From Alphaproteobacteria bacterium (lineage in GTDB: Bacteria; Pseudomonadota; Alphaproteobacteria; MPNO01; UBA830), in NCBI GenBank assembly GCA_965243135.1, contig OZ251539.1:5472001-5536000 (forward strand): DNA of 64,000 nt. Direction: 5' to 3'. This document shows positions 28,701 through 38,745 of the stretch, in pieces. A program made the position numbers and the translations under genes. The notes under the pieces were generated by a model. It had not been told where the DNA came from. It did not search any database and saw nothing but the letters and a program-made list of their open reading frames with translations. Within the stretch, counting starts at the first letter, position 1. Each line of letters begins with the position of its first letter.

Positions 28701-30761
28701 CCCGAACTCCTGTGCCTTGATCTACAGTGGCAAAATAAAGATCGGATGGTTCCGCTAGATCCTTCGGGAACCCACTCCTTGCCAACGACAACGGGCACCA
28801 AGGCACCATCGAATGATCTGAAAGGAAGGGTTTCTCAACGGGATTCCCTCGACATCCTTCTAGGAAATTACGCCACCTCCGGCCCTGACAGGGCACGGGA
28901 GAAGTTGACGAGGTTGCTAAGCGCTGCATCGGATAGGCTCGGGCCGTACGGAGATGATGCGGATCTTGGCGATCCCGAGTTTATGGCATTTCATGCCAGA
29001 AACCTGCTCGATCCATCAAACTGGAAAAAGATCACGAATTCAAGAAGCTACGGTACGTCGGAGGATGTTTGGGAATACGTTAAAACTCTGGAAGAGGAGC
29101 GGCATCTTGCGCCCGAAATAGAACATGATGCATGGCGAAGAGCGGACATGTTGGTGCAAATATTTCTTCACCACGCGATGGAAAATCCATCTATTTCTTC
29201 ACCGGGTGTGGCAAAAAAAGCGGCGGACTGGGCGAAGTGCCCTGTGCCTTCAACATATGTCGACGACAAGGATGCGGTTTGGTTACGTGATTTGGCAACG
29301 GTTGCCGCAGCCGCGATCATCGTTCGCGATGGCGATGATGAGCTGCTTTCCCATCATCAGGAATGGGCTCGCGGCATTCTTTTGAAGTGCTTGGACGGTA
29401 ACGAGGACCGAAGATCACGGCACCGCGAGCAGTTGCGATTCAATCCAGCTGCAATGGCGTTTGTCGGTGTTGCCCATCTGCTAAGACGTCAAGCAGCGGT
29501 GCGGGATCGTCAAGCTCTTCTTGAGGCCGCCAGCCGGGATGGTCTTTCCGTGGTTCCAGGTTTCCGGGCCGCGAGCGAAGCGTTGGCGGCAATGGATGAA
29601 CGACTGCCTCGGGCGTTGCTGAGAATAGCCTTGGCAGCACGGATCCATCCGTACCGTAGGGCGATCCAGTCGGACCAAAGACCCGTTGTACAACAGGACA
29701 AAAGTCGGCCAATAGCGAACGCGGCAGTGGAAGCGGAACTATCATGGCTGAGTGGTCAACGGAAGGAACCGAACTGGCCTGCTTTTCCCAAAGAGTTGCC
29801 GCTTGTAAAAAATGACAGCTTTAATCCGTTCAAGAATCCGGAACGTCCACCCAACCGTCCGCGACGTCGAGTTAAACATCAGGACGCTGGATCGTGGCTT
29901 AGTTCTGCGTCTTCTCTCTTCGACGTTGCGTCACGGCCATGGCTGAGAAAGCTTGCGGATGCGTACAAGGAATGGACGGCGGTCGCGAACGGATCAGGAC
30001 TGGAACGGGGTGTTCAAATTGGAAACAGGCTTGGGAGGTGGAATTCGGCGTATTTCGATCTCGTTGCTCGTTGTCTGCCCGGGATGGAGCCGAAAGAGGT
30101 GGATCGGCTTGCGTTAACGCCTATACGTTCATTGCCCGATGAGTCATTTTTCCGTGTTGTCAGGCTTTTTTTACGCAGCATTGATGAAGTCTACTTCAAT
30201 AACCGTGGATTGGGGAAAGCCGAAGCTGTTCGTGTTCGGTCGGTCTTGGCGGATCGGCTGATCGGTTGTCGTGGCTGGCACCGTATGCAAAACGAGAGAG
30301 CGTTTTCGGTTGAAATGAACATCGGGCCAGCTATAGCTGCATTCTTTCTAAACGAATATCATGTTGTCGCGAATCCATCATGTTATCTCAGTGTAACGGG
30401 ATTCAACAAACTCGATCCGTTTCTTGGGGTTCTTGAGCGTTTGGCTGTCGAAGCTCCATGTGGATTTGTAGCAGTGGTTTTGCTCAACCTTCTTGAGGTA
30501 TCTCCGAGATCAACGCACTTGTCTTTGATTGTTGCCGCGGCGGAGGCATGGCTTTCGAACCATCTAGGAAACGCCACTTTCTGGATCGACGGAGGAGTTT
30601 CAAAGCGTCTTTGCGGCGTTCTCGAAAAAATTTTTCTCAATAATACTGTAAGTGATTCAGATCAGTGGCGACGAATAGAAAATATAGTCTCTGCGTTAGT
30701 GAGGATCGGAAGTCCGGAAGCCGCTCGATTTGAAAGAGCGCTCAGCGTGAATCCCAAATAG
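25734..30761 (+). CDS. STAND-type ATPase with N-terminal PD-(D/E)XK-like nuclease (Avs/AVAST-like)
   Basis: N-terminal FE..VG, LDDIVV and LEIQVKR; Walker A GDAGVGKS; Walker B FLFIDGLD; FRHD motif; long helical C-terminus; 1675 aa; lower GC than its flanks. Confidence 0.8.
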   Translation: MIATNPASSGPAGSLFEGQVGAHYLLRLLKGAESRGLPGARISRVEFQRAAEGHPLDDIVVHAHDRDGKSATLEIQVKRTLTFAQSDQGYRKVVAQIAEAARADHFIESGHEFAIAVGRGTQAIDGPYQDILWWAREMESAEAFIARIDRQGSANRKIREFLQNFRSNLETAGMDSDDGTVWRLLSRLQILRFDFTAQGSSSEAWERESAVQALNPDNSELAGALRDCLIKFAVETAAKGGQTNQDKLRKYVKQQGFRLAGERRYASAFSALTEASRHALADIEDRTGDIRLMRSELVRHVREALDHGGYVEIRGDAGVGKSGLLKHVAQQVMTESAVMVLSSDRAATGGWGAWRAQLNFDGTARELLIELALSGGAFLFIDGLDFFSHDKQSLVIDLVREAAEIPGCKVIATARREFGRGNGDDNWLPEEALKKLGRVPPVWVEELSEAEINDLRESLPGIAPLLADTHPARDVARNLFRLARLVKQPESTQFWRTEIDMAVDWWQTADGDHEGRRDRRRLLSTLAEQALSTVPLNAGGHPAGSIDSLVASQTLRDHGGDDVVFRHDIFRDWAIANFLHSGNGMTIKLPLDRPAPTGLARGVELAARLAVERPDDGVPWRALLAEVSKEGAHASWRRCVLLALVRSEIGPELLSRVSTDLLDDEARLAKELIRTVMAVDTKPLSELLVDSDISASAEAESMPVPYGYSWSRLIHWLLSLGETIPAGMLADVTDLFTTWSIGTFGGPISKDLAKWFYRRLIQDGETPNHISDICTGFLSVCHGEPSLAKQYLQSLMGLSIHHNAVSSVMEHSLSIAKAAPKELAELTISVLCPCESESDDQPPLQFADHVFFPPAPDRGPFLDILTHDSAIGLNLIRRLIDRAVELLSGGEPRHAITVFCTDGERRFTELQSYAWSRERGGASFCLQSALMALELWAHRRIEAEEPVENVLLDVLPSSGGSSAYLLVAVDLLILHWPKSREAVVPFLGCPELLCLDLQWQNKDRMVPLDPSGTHSLPTTTGTKAPSNDLKGRVSQRDSLDILLGNYATSGPDRAREKLTRLLSAASDRLGPYGDDADLGDPEFMAFHARNLLDPSNWKKITNSRSYGTSEDVWEYVKTLEEERHLAPEIEHDAWRRADMLVQIFLHHAMENPSISSPGVAKKAADWAKCPVPSTYVDDKDAVWLRDLATVAAAAIIVRDGDDELLSHHQEWARGILLKCLDGNEDRRSRHREQLRFNPAAMAFVGVAHLLRRQAAVRDRQALLEAASRDGLSVVPGFRAASEALAAMDERLPRALLRIALAARIHPYRRAIQSDQRPVVQQDKSRPIANAAVEAELSWLSGQRKEPNWPAFPKELPLVKNDSFNPFKNPERPPNRPRRRVKHQDAGSWLSSASSLFDVASRPWLRKLADAYKEWTAVANGSGLERGVQIGNRLGRWNSAYFDLVARCLPGMEPKEVDRLALTPIRSLPDESFFRVVRLFLRSIDEVYFNNRGLGKAEAVRVRSVLADRLIGCRGWHRMQNERAFSVEMNIGPAIAAFFLNEYHVVANPSCYLSVTGFNKLDPFLGVLERLAVEAPCGFVAVVLLNLLEVSPRSTHLSLIVAAAEAWLSNHLGNATFWIDGGVSKRLCGVLEKIFLNNTVSDSDQWRRIENIVSALVRIGSPEAARFERALSVNPK

Positions 30762-31039
30762 AGAAGGTGGTATGGCGGTAACCGCCATCCTACCGGTTTT
30801 CGCTTCGACTTGTGCTTGGAGAGCTTCGAGCGAGGGCAGCGCTTTTCCTCGCTTCGGGCACAGTCTCCGGGCAATGCGATCGGTGTCTTGCCGATGGGAG
30901 CGGTCCTGCATGTGGTGTTGGCAATCTTTTCGACCTCGGCGCGGTTTTACTGGCAACCGAGAGCCTCGGTGCGCCGTGGAAAGTCGCTTGCTTCTGGTGG
31001 GTGTACTCACTAACAATGTCGTTCCGGTGCAAGCGGTTT

Positions 31040-31092
31040 TCAGCGTCTGGGACATCCGACGCCTGCACAGGTTCGCGACGATGGGACGAAGC
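31040..31092 (+). repeat. duplicated fragment of the AIPR gene (copy of ~23777-23828)
   Basis: cagcgtctgggacatccg.cg.ct.cacaggttcgcgacgatggg; both copies translate to SVWDIRRLHRFATMG. Confidence 0.85.
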
Positions 31093-31525
31093 CGTCCGGC
31101 GTGAGGTCGGCGGCGCAGGTCGCAGGGAATGCCGCCCGGTGCCATGCCGACGAGTACAGTCGTTCGCTTGGAAAGGCATGACAGGCAGATCTTCACCCCT
31201 TGGGGCAGTCCCTCCTGCAAGCGCGGCCGCCGCTCCGCCATGGAGCGGCGGCCGCGTCGACAACGCCTACGGAGAAGCACTACGTCCGCGGCGCGCCTGC
31301 GGCTCGGCCGCGTGACGGCGGTGGCGCTCGGCTGCCTGCGGGCAGAACGTCAGGGCAGTCGCCGGTCGGCCCGGTGCGCGACACGGGATGACCATTGCGG
31401 TCGGACGACCGCCTTCGTCTCACTCTCCTGCACCTGGCCGCCTGCGTTCAGGCCACGGCCCAGCTCGCCCCGGGTTCGCGGCGCGGCGGCGCGGTAACCT
31501 CGCATTTGTTCTGAAGACTGAGCGT

Positions 31526-31551
31526 CCGCCCGGCCCTTGCGGGCCGGGCGG
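31526..31551 (-). terminator. 11-bp GC hairpin downstream of the EcoRII-like gene
   Basis: ccgcccggccc-ttgc-gggccgggcgg is a perfect inverted repeat (GCAA loop on the minus strand). There is no clear U-tract. Confidence 0.5.
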
Positions 31552-31585
31552 CGGGCCGACAAAAGATGGCGCAGCGCAAACGGAT

Positions 31586-32824
31586 CTAGATTTGACGGTC
31601 CTTGACCAGACCGATGAATTCCGCCACGTCCATCAGCCACCGCCGCTGCTCCGGCGTGTAGGAAACGAATATCGAGCGGGGTACGACCAACTGCAGGTTC
31701 CCGGTTTTCATTTCGTTGGTCTGGGTTTCCGAGATCCCGGGCTCAAGGGTAAGCAAATGCTTTTCCCGAATCCTGTTCGCTTCCGCCAGGACCTGTCTCC
31801 AACGCTCCTTGCAGCTGGTCTTGACGCCGAGCATGGTCAGCAGGTTCGCGTCGAAGACGGGATCGTGGTACTCCGTCTCGCCGGGAAACAGAAAGTCGGG
31901 CCCGAACCGCTTTTCCGTCGTGGCCTCGCGAGTGTAACGGATGCTATGCGCCTGCAAGATCGCTTCCACGTGATGACCGAAGGCGTGCCCCGCGCGGGAC
32001 TTGCGGCGGTTCTGCGTGCTCAGGGCGAATTCGAAGAAACCGTCGAAGTCGGGCGAACCCTGGGCGTCGATGAAGCCTTCGGCCAAGCGCGGTCCTGCGG
32101 TATGGCGCTCGAGGTGGAAAAACAAGGCTTCCTCCTGGTCCATCCACGCCACCAGCGCTTCGTCCGGCGATCCGACGGGATCGATACCGGGCATCGTCTC
32201 GCGCGCGAAGGCGGAGAACTCCTCGGTACGCGGGAATCCGCTTTCGAACCGGGAAATCATGCTTTCCAGCATCTCCGGCTGCTCCGGTTCCGGAGGTCGA
32301 ATGCCGAGCACCTCAAGAACCGCCCGGGCCGCATGACCGAGGCGGATGCCTTCGTCAGGCGGCAGCAGCCTCGCTTCAGCCTGGTCGTTCTGGATTGTCA
32401 GCCCGAAAAGCCACAGAAGCTGCCGGGCGATGGTCGCGTCGGCCGGGCATAGCATGACATGCAGCCTCGGTTCCGCGGTTCTGGCGACCACGAGAAGATC
32501 TCCGGCGGCCGCTCTTCGAACGATCTCTTCGGATTCGGCCGCGTAGTAGAGATGGTATTCGGGCGCGCGGTGTCTTTTGCCTTTGCGCACGTTGCTCCAT
32601 GTGCAAAACGAGGTCGAACTGGCAAGAACGCCGTCCTCCGTGTCGTCGAGCCAGTAGAAAGTCGCGGGGAACCTTTTCTTTTCGTCGGTTTCTCCCATAA
32701 ACCGGCGGAAGACGCCGACTCCCTGGAACTCGTGCTGGTTTGAGCGCCGCCTGTTGATCTCGACTTCGGTCAGCCGCTTCGCTCCCGCTCCGTCAAAGTA
32801 ATCGGAGAGAACGCCGAACTTCAT
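31586..32824 (-). CDS. EcoRII-like type II restriction endonuclease
   Basis: SNQHEF (N-domain), QNRRKSRAG, PDFLFPG, LGVKTSCKERWRQVL. Confidence 0.9.
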   Translation of the reverse strand: MKFGVLSDYFDGAGAKRLTEVEINRRRSNQHEFQGVGVFRRFMGETDEKKRFPATFYWLDDTEDGVLASSTSFCTWSNVRKGKRHRAPEYHLYYAAESEEIVRRAAAGDLLVVARTAEPRLHVMLCPADATIARQLLWLFGLTIQNDQAEARLLPPDEGIRLGHAARAVLEVLGIRPPEPEQPEMLESMISRFESGFPRTEEFSAFARETMPGIDPVGSPDEALVAWMDQEEALFFHLERHTAGPRLAEGFIDAQGSPDFDGFFEFALSTQNRRKSRAGHAFGHHVEAILQAHSIRYTREATTEKRFGPDFLFPGETEYHDPVFDANLLTMLGVKTSCKERWRQVLAEANRIREKHLLTLEPGISETQTNEMKTGNLQLVVPRSIFVSYTPEQRRWLMDVAEFIGLVKDRQI

Positions 32825-33282
32825 GGACATGCCTCTCCCTCCATTTGCCCTTCCGGGTCGCCGCCCGTGACCCACGCGCAGACGCGATCCATCAGACTCT
32901 CGAAGTCGATGCGCGTTCGACCCTTGAGGGCGCATTCCCAGACCACGAGCTGGCGCCAGCCGCTTTCCCGAAGGGCAACGCGAACTTCCTCGTCACGTTC
33001 CCGGTTGCGCGCGATCTTGGCCTGCCAGAATTCGGTTCGCGTCGCCGGCATCCTGAACAGATGGCAGCCATGGCCATGCCAGAAGCAGCCATGCACGAAG
33101 ATCGCCGCCCGGTAGCGCCTCAGGACCATGTCAGGTTTGCCGCAGATCGAGCCGGAGTGGAGCCGGTATCGAAACCCCCGCGCATGCAAGCCCCTTCTGA
33201 TCAGCAACTCGGGCTTCGTGTTCTTGCCTCTGATGCCGGCCATCATCCGGCTGCGGGTGGCCCTGTCCACCACGTCGATCAT
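32821..33282 (-). CDS. vsr: very short patch repair endonuclease
   Basis: RSRMMAGIRGKNTKPE, GKPD, FVHGCFWHGH, VWEC. Confidence 0.97.
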   Translation of the reverse strand: MIDVVDRATRSRMMAGIRGKNTKPELLIRRGLHARGFRYRLHSGSICGKPDMVLRRYRAAIFVHGCFWHGHGCHLFRMPATRTEFWQAKIARNRERDEEVRVALRESGWRQLVVWECALKGRTRIDFESLMDRVCAWVTGGDPEGQMEGEACP

Positions 33283-34541
33283 AACCCCATGATCTCCAGT
33301 TGCGCGAAGGGCGAGGCTTGTTCGCCCTCGAGCAGATACGGCGCCATGTGACGAGCCACGCGCTCCACCACAGGCACGGCGACCGCGTTGCCGAACTGCC
33401 GGTAAGCCTGGGTGTCGCTGACCGGGATATGGAAATCCGCCCTGTCCGGCTTGTCGAAGCCCATCAGCCGCGAACATTCCCGCGGCGTCAGGCGCCGCGG
33501 ATTGCCCTGCGGGCGCCTGACCAGGATCTCCGATCCGTCCTTGTAGTACCGGGCGGAAAGGGTGCGCGCCACATCGTTCGGCCCGACAAGGCCGAAACCA
33601 AACCCGTTGCCGTGCCGGCGGTGTTTCTCCGCGTAGTCCTGCAGATACCGCCAGAGATGGTCGGAAAGGGTATACTTGTCGCTCACCCGGCCTTCCCGGT
33701 CGGTGTAGTGCTTGTCCGGTTGCTCGGAACCGTCTTCCGGATGAAGGATCGTCGCCAGCCTCGGACCCGAGCCCGGCTCCGGGACATGCAGATCCTCCAG
33801 CGAGAAATCCGATCGGTCACGGAATCCGACGATAAAAATACGCTCCCTGTGCTGCGGAAGCATGCCCTTCGCGTCGATTACGCGCCAGTTGACGTGATAC
33901 CCGAGGTCTTCCCCGAGCGTCTCGCGGATAACCCGGAACGTGTTTCCGCGGTCGTGATTGACGAGGTTCTTGACGTTTTCCAGCAGGAACGCCTTCGGCC
34001 GGTGATGCGCGATGATCCGGGCCACTTCGAAAAACAGGGTGCCCTGGGCCTCGCAGCGGAAGCCGTGGGCGTGACCGAGGGCATTTTTCTTGCTTACTCC
34101 GGCGATCGAGAAAGGCTGGCACGGGAAACCTGCGAGAAGCAGTTCGTGCTCCGGGATATCGGCCGGTTCCGTCTTGGTGATGTCGCCCGCCATCGGATGG
34201 GCGTCGCCGTCGCGATAGTTGGCCAGATAGGTTCGCACGGCGTATTTGTCCCACTCTGACGTGAAGACGCAGCGTCCGCCGATGGCGGTGAAGCCGCGTC
34301 TCAGCCCGCCGATCCCGGCGAACAGATCGATGAAGCGGAAATTATCCTGGTGCGGGACGCGCTGCTCGACGCGGTTCTCGATCAGGCTTTCGATCATGCC
34401 GATCACGGACCTGCGAGGCTTCGTGTCCCCCCTTTCCCACCTGTGCAGGGTCCGCTCCGAATAGCCCAACGCGGCGGCCAGTTCCGAAACCGGCATTCCC
34501 GTCTGCAGGCGGAGCGTGGCGAAGTTCGTCCTGTCGGTCAT
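33279..34541 (-). CDS. dcm: C5-cytosine methyltransferase with N-terminal XRE-type HTH
   Basis: FIDLFAGIGG, GFPCQPFS, ENV, QHRER, QFGN; N-terminal ELAAALGYSERTLHRWERG helix-turn-helix. Confidence 0.95.
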   Translation of the reverse strand: MTDRTNFATLRLQTGMPVSELAAALGYSERTLHRWERGDTKPRRSVIGMIESLIENRVEQRVPHQDNFRFIDLFAGIGGLRRGFTAIGGRCVFTSEWDKYAVRTYLANYRDGDAHPMAGDITKTEPADIPEHELLLAGFPCQPFSIAGVSKKNALGHAHGFRCEAQGTLFFEVARIIAHHRPKAFLLENVKNLVNHDRGNTFRVIRETLGEDLGYHVNWRVIDAKGMLPQHRERIFIVGFRDRSDFSLEDLHVPEPGSGPRLATILHPEDGSEQPDKHYTDREGRVSDKYTLSDHLWRYLQDYAEKHRRHGNGFGFGLVGPNDVARTLSARYYKDGSEILVRRPQGNPRRLTPRECSRLMGFDKPDRADFHIPVSDTQAYRQFGNAVAVPVVERVARHMAPYLLEGEQASPFAQLEIMGL

Positions 34542-34619
34542 CTCAAGAGGCATGGGGAATAATTGCGACATTCTGACGCCATTATTCACAATTTTTCGAA
34601 TCAGGCAAAACATCCCTGT

Positions 34620-34869
34620 AGCGAGGCGTTTGCGCCGCGCCATTTTTTCCGGCCCGCCGCCCGGTCGGCGCCCCGTGATTCGATCCGTCCGCCCGCCGAC
34701 GGGGCCGCATGGACGGCCAATATTCTGAACAAAAATATATGGTTGCCGCGGCGGCGCGCCGTAGACCCGGGGCGGCCGAGCCGTGACGCGGGCGCCCGGT
34801 GGCAGTTGTGGAGAAGACGGTCGGGCGACCGCAGCGGTCATCCCGTGTTGCACGGGCCGACCCGGCGAC
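34620..34869 (+). repeat. ~250-bp non-coding element X, copy 1
   Basis: Aligns with 37543-37792 and contains the AT-rich imperfect palindrome atattct-gaaca-aaaatat. Confidence 0.9.
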
Positions 34870-34923
34870 TTCGCGAACGCCACCCGCGCAACCGGAAACC
34901 GGGCCGAGGCGGCGTTCGCCGCG

Positions 34924-35810
34924 TCACGGCAGGAATACCGGCAGTTTGTCGGCGGCGCGCCGCATCGCTTCTTCGCCGCGCCGGTCGTAGCGGGCGGTCG
35001 TCTGCGGGCTGGCGTGTCCGGCGAGACGCTGGACGATCGCGAGGTCGGCGTCGGACTCGAGCAGGTCGCTGACGAACGTCCGGCGCAGGTCGTGCGGACT
35101 GCGGGGCGCGACGCCGGCCTGTTCGCATCGGCGCTTCAGCCAGATCATGGCCGTCTGCGCCGTGACCGCGCGGATAGCCAAGCGTCCGGCCTTGTCGATC
35201 GGGCAGAGCAGCGGTCCGGGACCGCGGCCGCGGACGGCGATCTATGCGTCGATGGCCCGCCTGGCGTCGCCGGCCGCGAATGCGGTGCGCTGCCGGTTCC
35301 CCTTGCCGATCACGCGAAGCGCTCCAGTGCTCCGGTCGTAGTCGCCGATCCGAAGGGCGACCGCCGCCCCGTCGCGGGATCCGGCCGGCGTCGGATCCGC
35401 GGCGCAGGCCGCGAACAGCCGCCTGATCTCGCCCGGTTCGAGCGCCCGGCCCGCCGGCGGCCTGCTGCGGGGGACGTCGACGGCCCGCATGTAGTCGTCC
35501 GTTCCGATCTGGCCCAGGCGCCAGCCGCCTTCAGGACGCCTCGAAGGGCCGCGAGGTACTTGTTGGCCGTCGCGGGGGCCATTTCCTCGGCGACGGCCGA
35601 CCTGACGTCCGCGACGTGCTGGAAGCGGAAGTTCGGCCAGGGAACGTGGGCCGCGCCGGGAAAGCCGGCGAGCGCGGCGAGCCGGTCCAGCGTGCTGCAC
35701 ATGCCGTCGCGGGCGGGGCCTTCCGCGAGGCCGGCGAGGTAGACGGCGGCCGGATTCTCGTCCGCCTTCGCGGCCGGATCCCCGGCGAGGGCCGGGAACG
35801 GTCCGCGGGT
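34924..35810 (-). pseudogene. tyrosine recombinase pseudogene (duplicate of 41571-42536)
   Basis: Near-identical 3' half. A deletion near 35360 removes the LLYGAGLRRAE catalytic-Arg segment, and there are frameshifts. Confidence 0.92.
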
Positions 35811-35979
35811 CGTGGGCGGAAACGAAGAACGCCTTCTTCCCGAACTCAGCTTGCGGCTTGTAGCTTGGTTATGCTATGTCTGAAACAATGGATAACCGCA
35901 ACTCCACCACCTCGAATATCTCGACGCCTTTGCGGAGTTCATCGAGACGAGCTCTAAGACACAAGAGAGGAATCCTGTA

Positions 35980-36810
35980 ATGTTGAAAATACCCAAAGAT
36001 AGAGCTATACAACTCATAAAGCGCCAGCTCAATGAGATCGAATTTAAAATTGGCGGCATTCTGTCTGGCGAAATCTTATCTTCAAGTTTTGAGACGGTGT
36101 CGACGAGTTCTGGAATAGATAGTGATCTCCATAAATGGCGCAGAAGTACGCAAGGTTGCATTTCGAGGATTTTTGGAGAAGATTCTGAGCATTACAAAGA
36201 ATTGTTGTCAACAGAGTTCTTTTCAGGGTCTCCAAGTGGCCCCAAAAACAAAAAAGGAGAGACGTTTGTTGCTGATTTGCAACAAGCCGCGGGGATCCTT
36301 GGATCGATGATTGAGGAAATACAGAATTGGTCGGACGAAAAACAACCTTTCGTCGCCCGAATCGAAAACGATTCCCAATCGAAGAAAATTTTCGTTGTTC
36401 ATGGAAGGGATGAGAGCACGAGAGAGGCCGCATCGGGGTTTTTGCGCGAACTGAGCCTCGAACCGATTATATTAGGCGAGCAGGCCAGTGGCGGCGCAAC
36501 GATCATAGAGAAATTTGAGCAATACGCGGATGTTGGATTCGCTTTGGTGTTGTTAACTCCCGATGATGCAGGCTCCCTTCAGGGAGAGGATATTAATCCC
36601 CGAGCTCGACAAAATGTCATTTTTGAAATGGGTTTTTTTGTGGGATGCCTCGGAAGGAAACGTGTGATCCTCTTGAAAACGGATGAAATTGAAATCCCGT
36701 CAGACTACACGGGAGTTCTATATATCGAATTGGACGATAACGGTAAATGGAAAAAGGATCTCGTCAGGGAACTGAAAAATGCAGGGTGTGAAGTGGAGGA
36801 GAGCGAATGA
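35980..36810 (+). CDS. TIR-domain protein (Cap12/Pycsar-type TIR) with uncharacterised N-terminal domain
   Basis: IFVVHGRD, TIIEKFE, LLTPDD, RARQNVIFEMGFF, PSDY.G; low GC. Confidence 0.9.
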   Translation: MLKIPKDRAIQLIKRQLNEIEFKIGGILSGEILSSSFETVSTSSGIDSDLHKWRRSTQGCISRIFGEDSEHYKELLSTEFFSGSPSGPKNKKGETFVADLQQAAGILGSMIEEIQNWSDEKQPFVARIENDSQSKKIFVVHGRDESTREAASGFLRELSLEPIILGEQASGGATIIEKFEQYADVGFALVLLTPDDAGSLQGEDINPRARQNVIFEMGFFVGCLGRKRVILLKTDEIEIPSDYTGVLYIELDDNGKWKKDLVRELKNAGCEVEESE

Positions 36811-37361
36811 GGTTTATCTTCTCCTCCCCAAACCTTCTCGGGTTCGCTAAAAGACCGCGCAACTCATCCGTAGTCTTTGGAGCGTCCGCTGCAGGCGTTA
36901 ACCGGGAAGAGGATCAGTCGTTGCCGACTGGCCGGCAGGCGCTGGACAGCGATCAGGTTCTGGAACGCCGCGGTCGCTGGCAACGCACGACCTGTCTGAA
37001 CGCCTTCACCGTTCTGGAAGCGGAAAGGCATGTCTCGTTGCTGCCGTGTTGCGGCGCTTGAGGGCGGCCCCGGTGGTGCCGGACGCAGTCGGCGCGGTCG
37101 AGGGATCGAAGTCGGTTCCAACGACGGAGCCGGGGTGACGGACCGCGGCGGCGAAATCCGCTTCTGTCGTGCGTCGATCGACCCAACCATGTTGGGAGAT
37201 CAGGGTGCGAGTTCGTTTTCCGGGGTCTCCCGTCTCCCGATCGCGGTCTGCCTCCGAGAGCCGCATGTGTATGATCGCGCTCGGGAGCGCACTCGACCCG
37301 CGTTTCGAAAGCTGCATTACGGAGCGGATATGGAAGCGTAGCGGCGACAAGAGGAGCGAAG

Positions 37362-37545
37362 ATGACCACCGACCGCGATTTCCTGATCGTCGCCATGGAC
37401 AAGTTCATCCTTGCCACGCACGATTCCGGCTACAAGGATACCCCGAGCGCAGTCTCCGAACTCGTGGACAACTCGCTTCAGGCCGGTTCCACGGAAATCG
37501 CCGTCACGCTCGCCCTGGACGAGCGCGACGGCGTGCATCCCATAG
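37362..37545 (+). pseudogene. N-terminal fragment of a GHKL/MORC ATPase, truncated at element X copy 2
   Basis: DSGYKDTPSAVSELVDNSLQAG, with an AGGAG RBS upstream. Confidence 0.7.
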
Positions 37546-37792
37546 TGAGGCGTTTGCGCTGCGCTTTTTTTTCGGCCGCCGCCCAGTCGGCACCCCGTGA
37601 TTCGTTCCGTCCGCCCGCCGACGGGGCCGCATGAACGGCCAATATTCTGAACAAGAATATATGGTTGCCGCGGCGGCGCGCCGTAGACCCGGGCCGAACC
37701 GAGCCATGACGCGGGCTCCGGGTTGCAGTTATGGAGAAGACGGTCAGACGACCGCAGCGGTCATCCCGTGTCGCACGGGCCGACCCGGCGAC
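37543..37792 (+). repeat. element X, copy 2
   Basis: Aligns with 34620-34869. Perfect atattct-gaaca-agaatat palindrome at 37642-37660. Confidence 0.9.
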
Positions 37793-37914
37793 CGCCCTGA
37801 CGTTCTAGCAGCCGATCGCCACGATCATCGTGAGGCCGAGCCGCAGCATGCCGCGGTGTCTCACCATGCGGCAAGCGTCGTCGACCCGCCTCTGCTCCAT
37901 GGAGGAGCGGCGGT

Positions 37915-38745
37915 TGCAGCCGCATACCTCCAGGGTTTGCCCGGCGACCACGTTTTCGCGGGCCTGATTCGCCGGCGGACCGGCGTCGTTCGCGACCTCG
38001 ACCAGCACCGGCAGGCGGTGAACGCGATGCCGGGGCGCGGTCCGTTGCTTCCGAGAGAGCCTGTGCCTGTAGTCAAGGAACTGTTGGTCGGGTTCTCGAC
38101 GGAAACGACTGCCGAAGCGCCCCGTGCCCGTTCCTGGGCCGCGACGGCGGGGGAAATCGCGACAAGGCTCGCGTAGCCGCGTCGGATCCGGGACCGGGCC
38201 CTTTTTCGACTACGAGGTCGGCCGCAGGGGCCATCTTCTGCGCGCGGCATCTGCCGAAACCCCGAAGAAGAGGCACGGGAGATTTGTCCCAGGCACCTGC
38301 TCGCCTTTTCCCCGGACGGCGTTGCGGATCGGCATCGCGAACTGGCCGATCAGGTGTTCGCGCTCTGCGGCTTTCTCCCCGGACAGGAAGCATCCGTGTG
38401 GTCCCCCCAAAGGAGGAGACGGAGAAAGGCGTATTCGACTATCGCCCGCGTGCCGCGGGCCGCACGGCTCCGTTCCCGTCGTCGTCGAGACGTGCTCGAC
38501 ATCCGGAGGAAACAGGAAAAAGGGGACCGATAGCCGGAGCGCCTTTCGCAGGGCGGTTCTGTCCGTGCCTGCCAAGTGGGCGGTCAGGGCACCCGGGGCA
38601 AACGTGCGGCAGATTCGGGCGAGAATGGCGTCGCGACAGGTCGCGAAAGCGGCCGATAGTTGGGGCGGCGCGCCGTCCGTCCAGGATCTTCTGGCCGACT
38701 GCGCCCACACGGCCCTGCCGCTTGACGATCCGCGCTCTCTGCCCA
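37915..38745 (+). pseudogene. decayed duplicate of the MTase 3' end and the NotI-like REase (copy of ~40195-41115)
   Basis: Remnants RRTGVVRDLDQHRQ, PFFDYEVGRR, TCSTSGGNR and NVRQ..ARMAS, with deletions and frameshifts. Confidence 0.9.
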
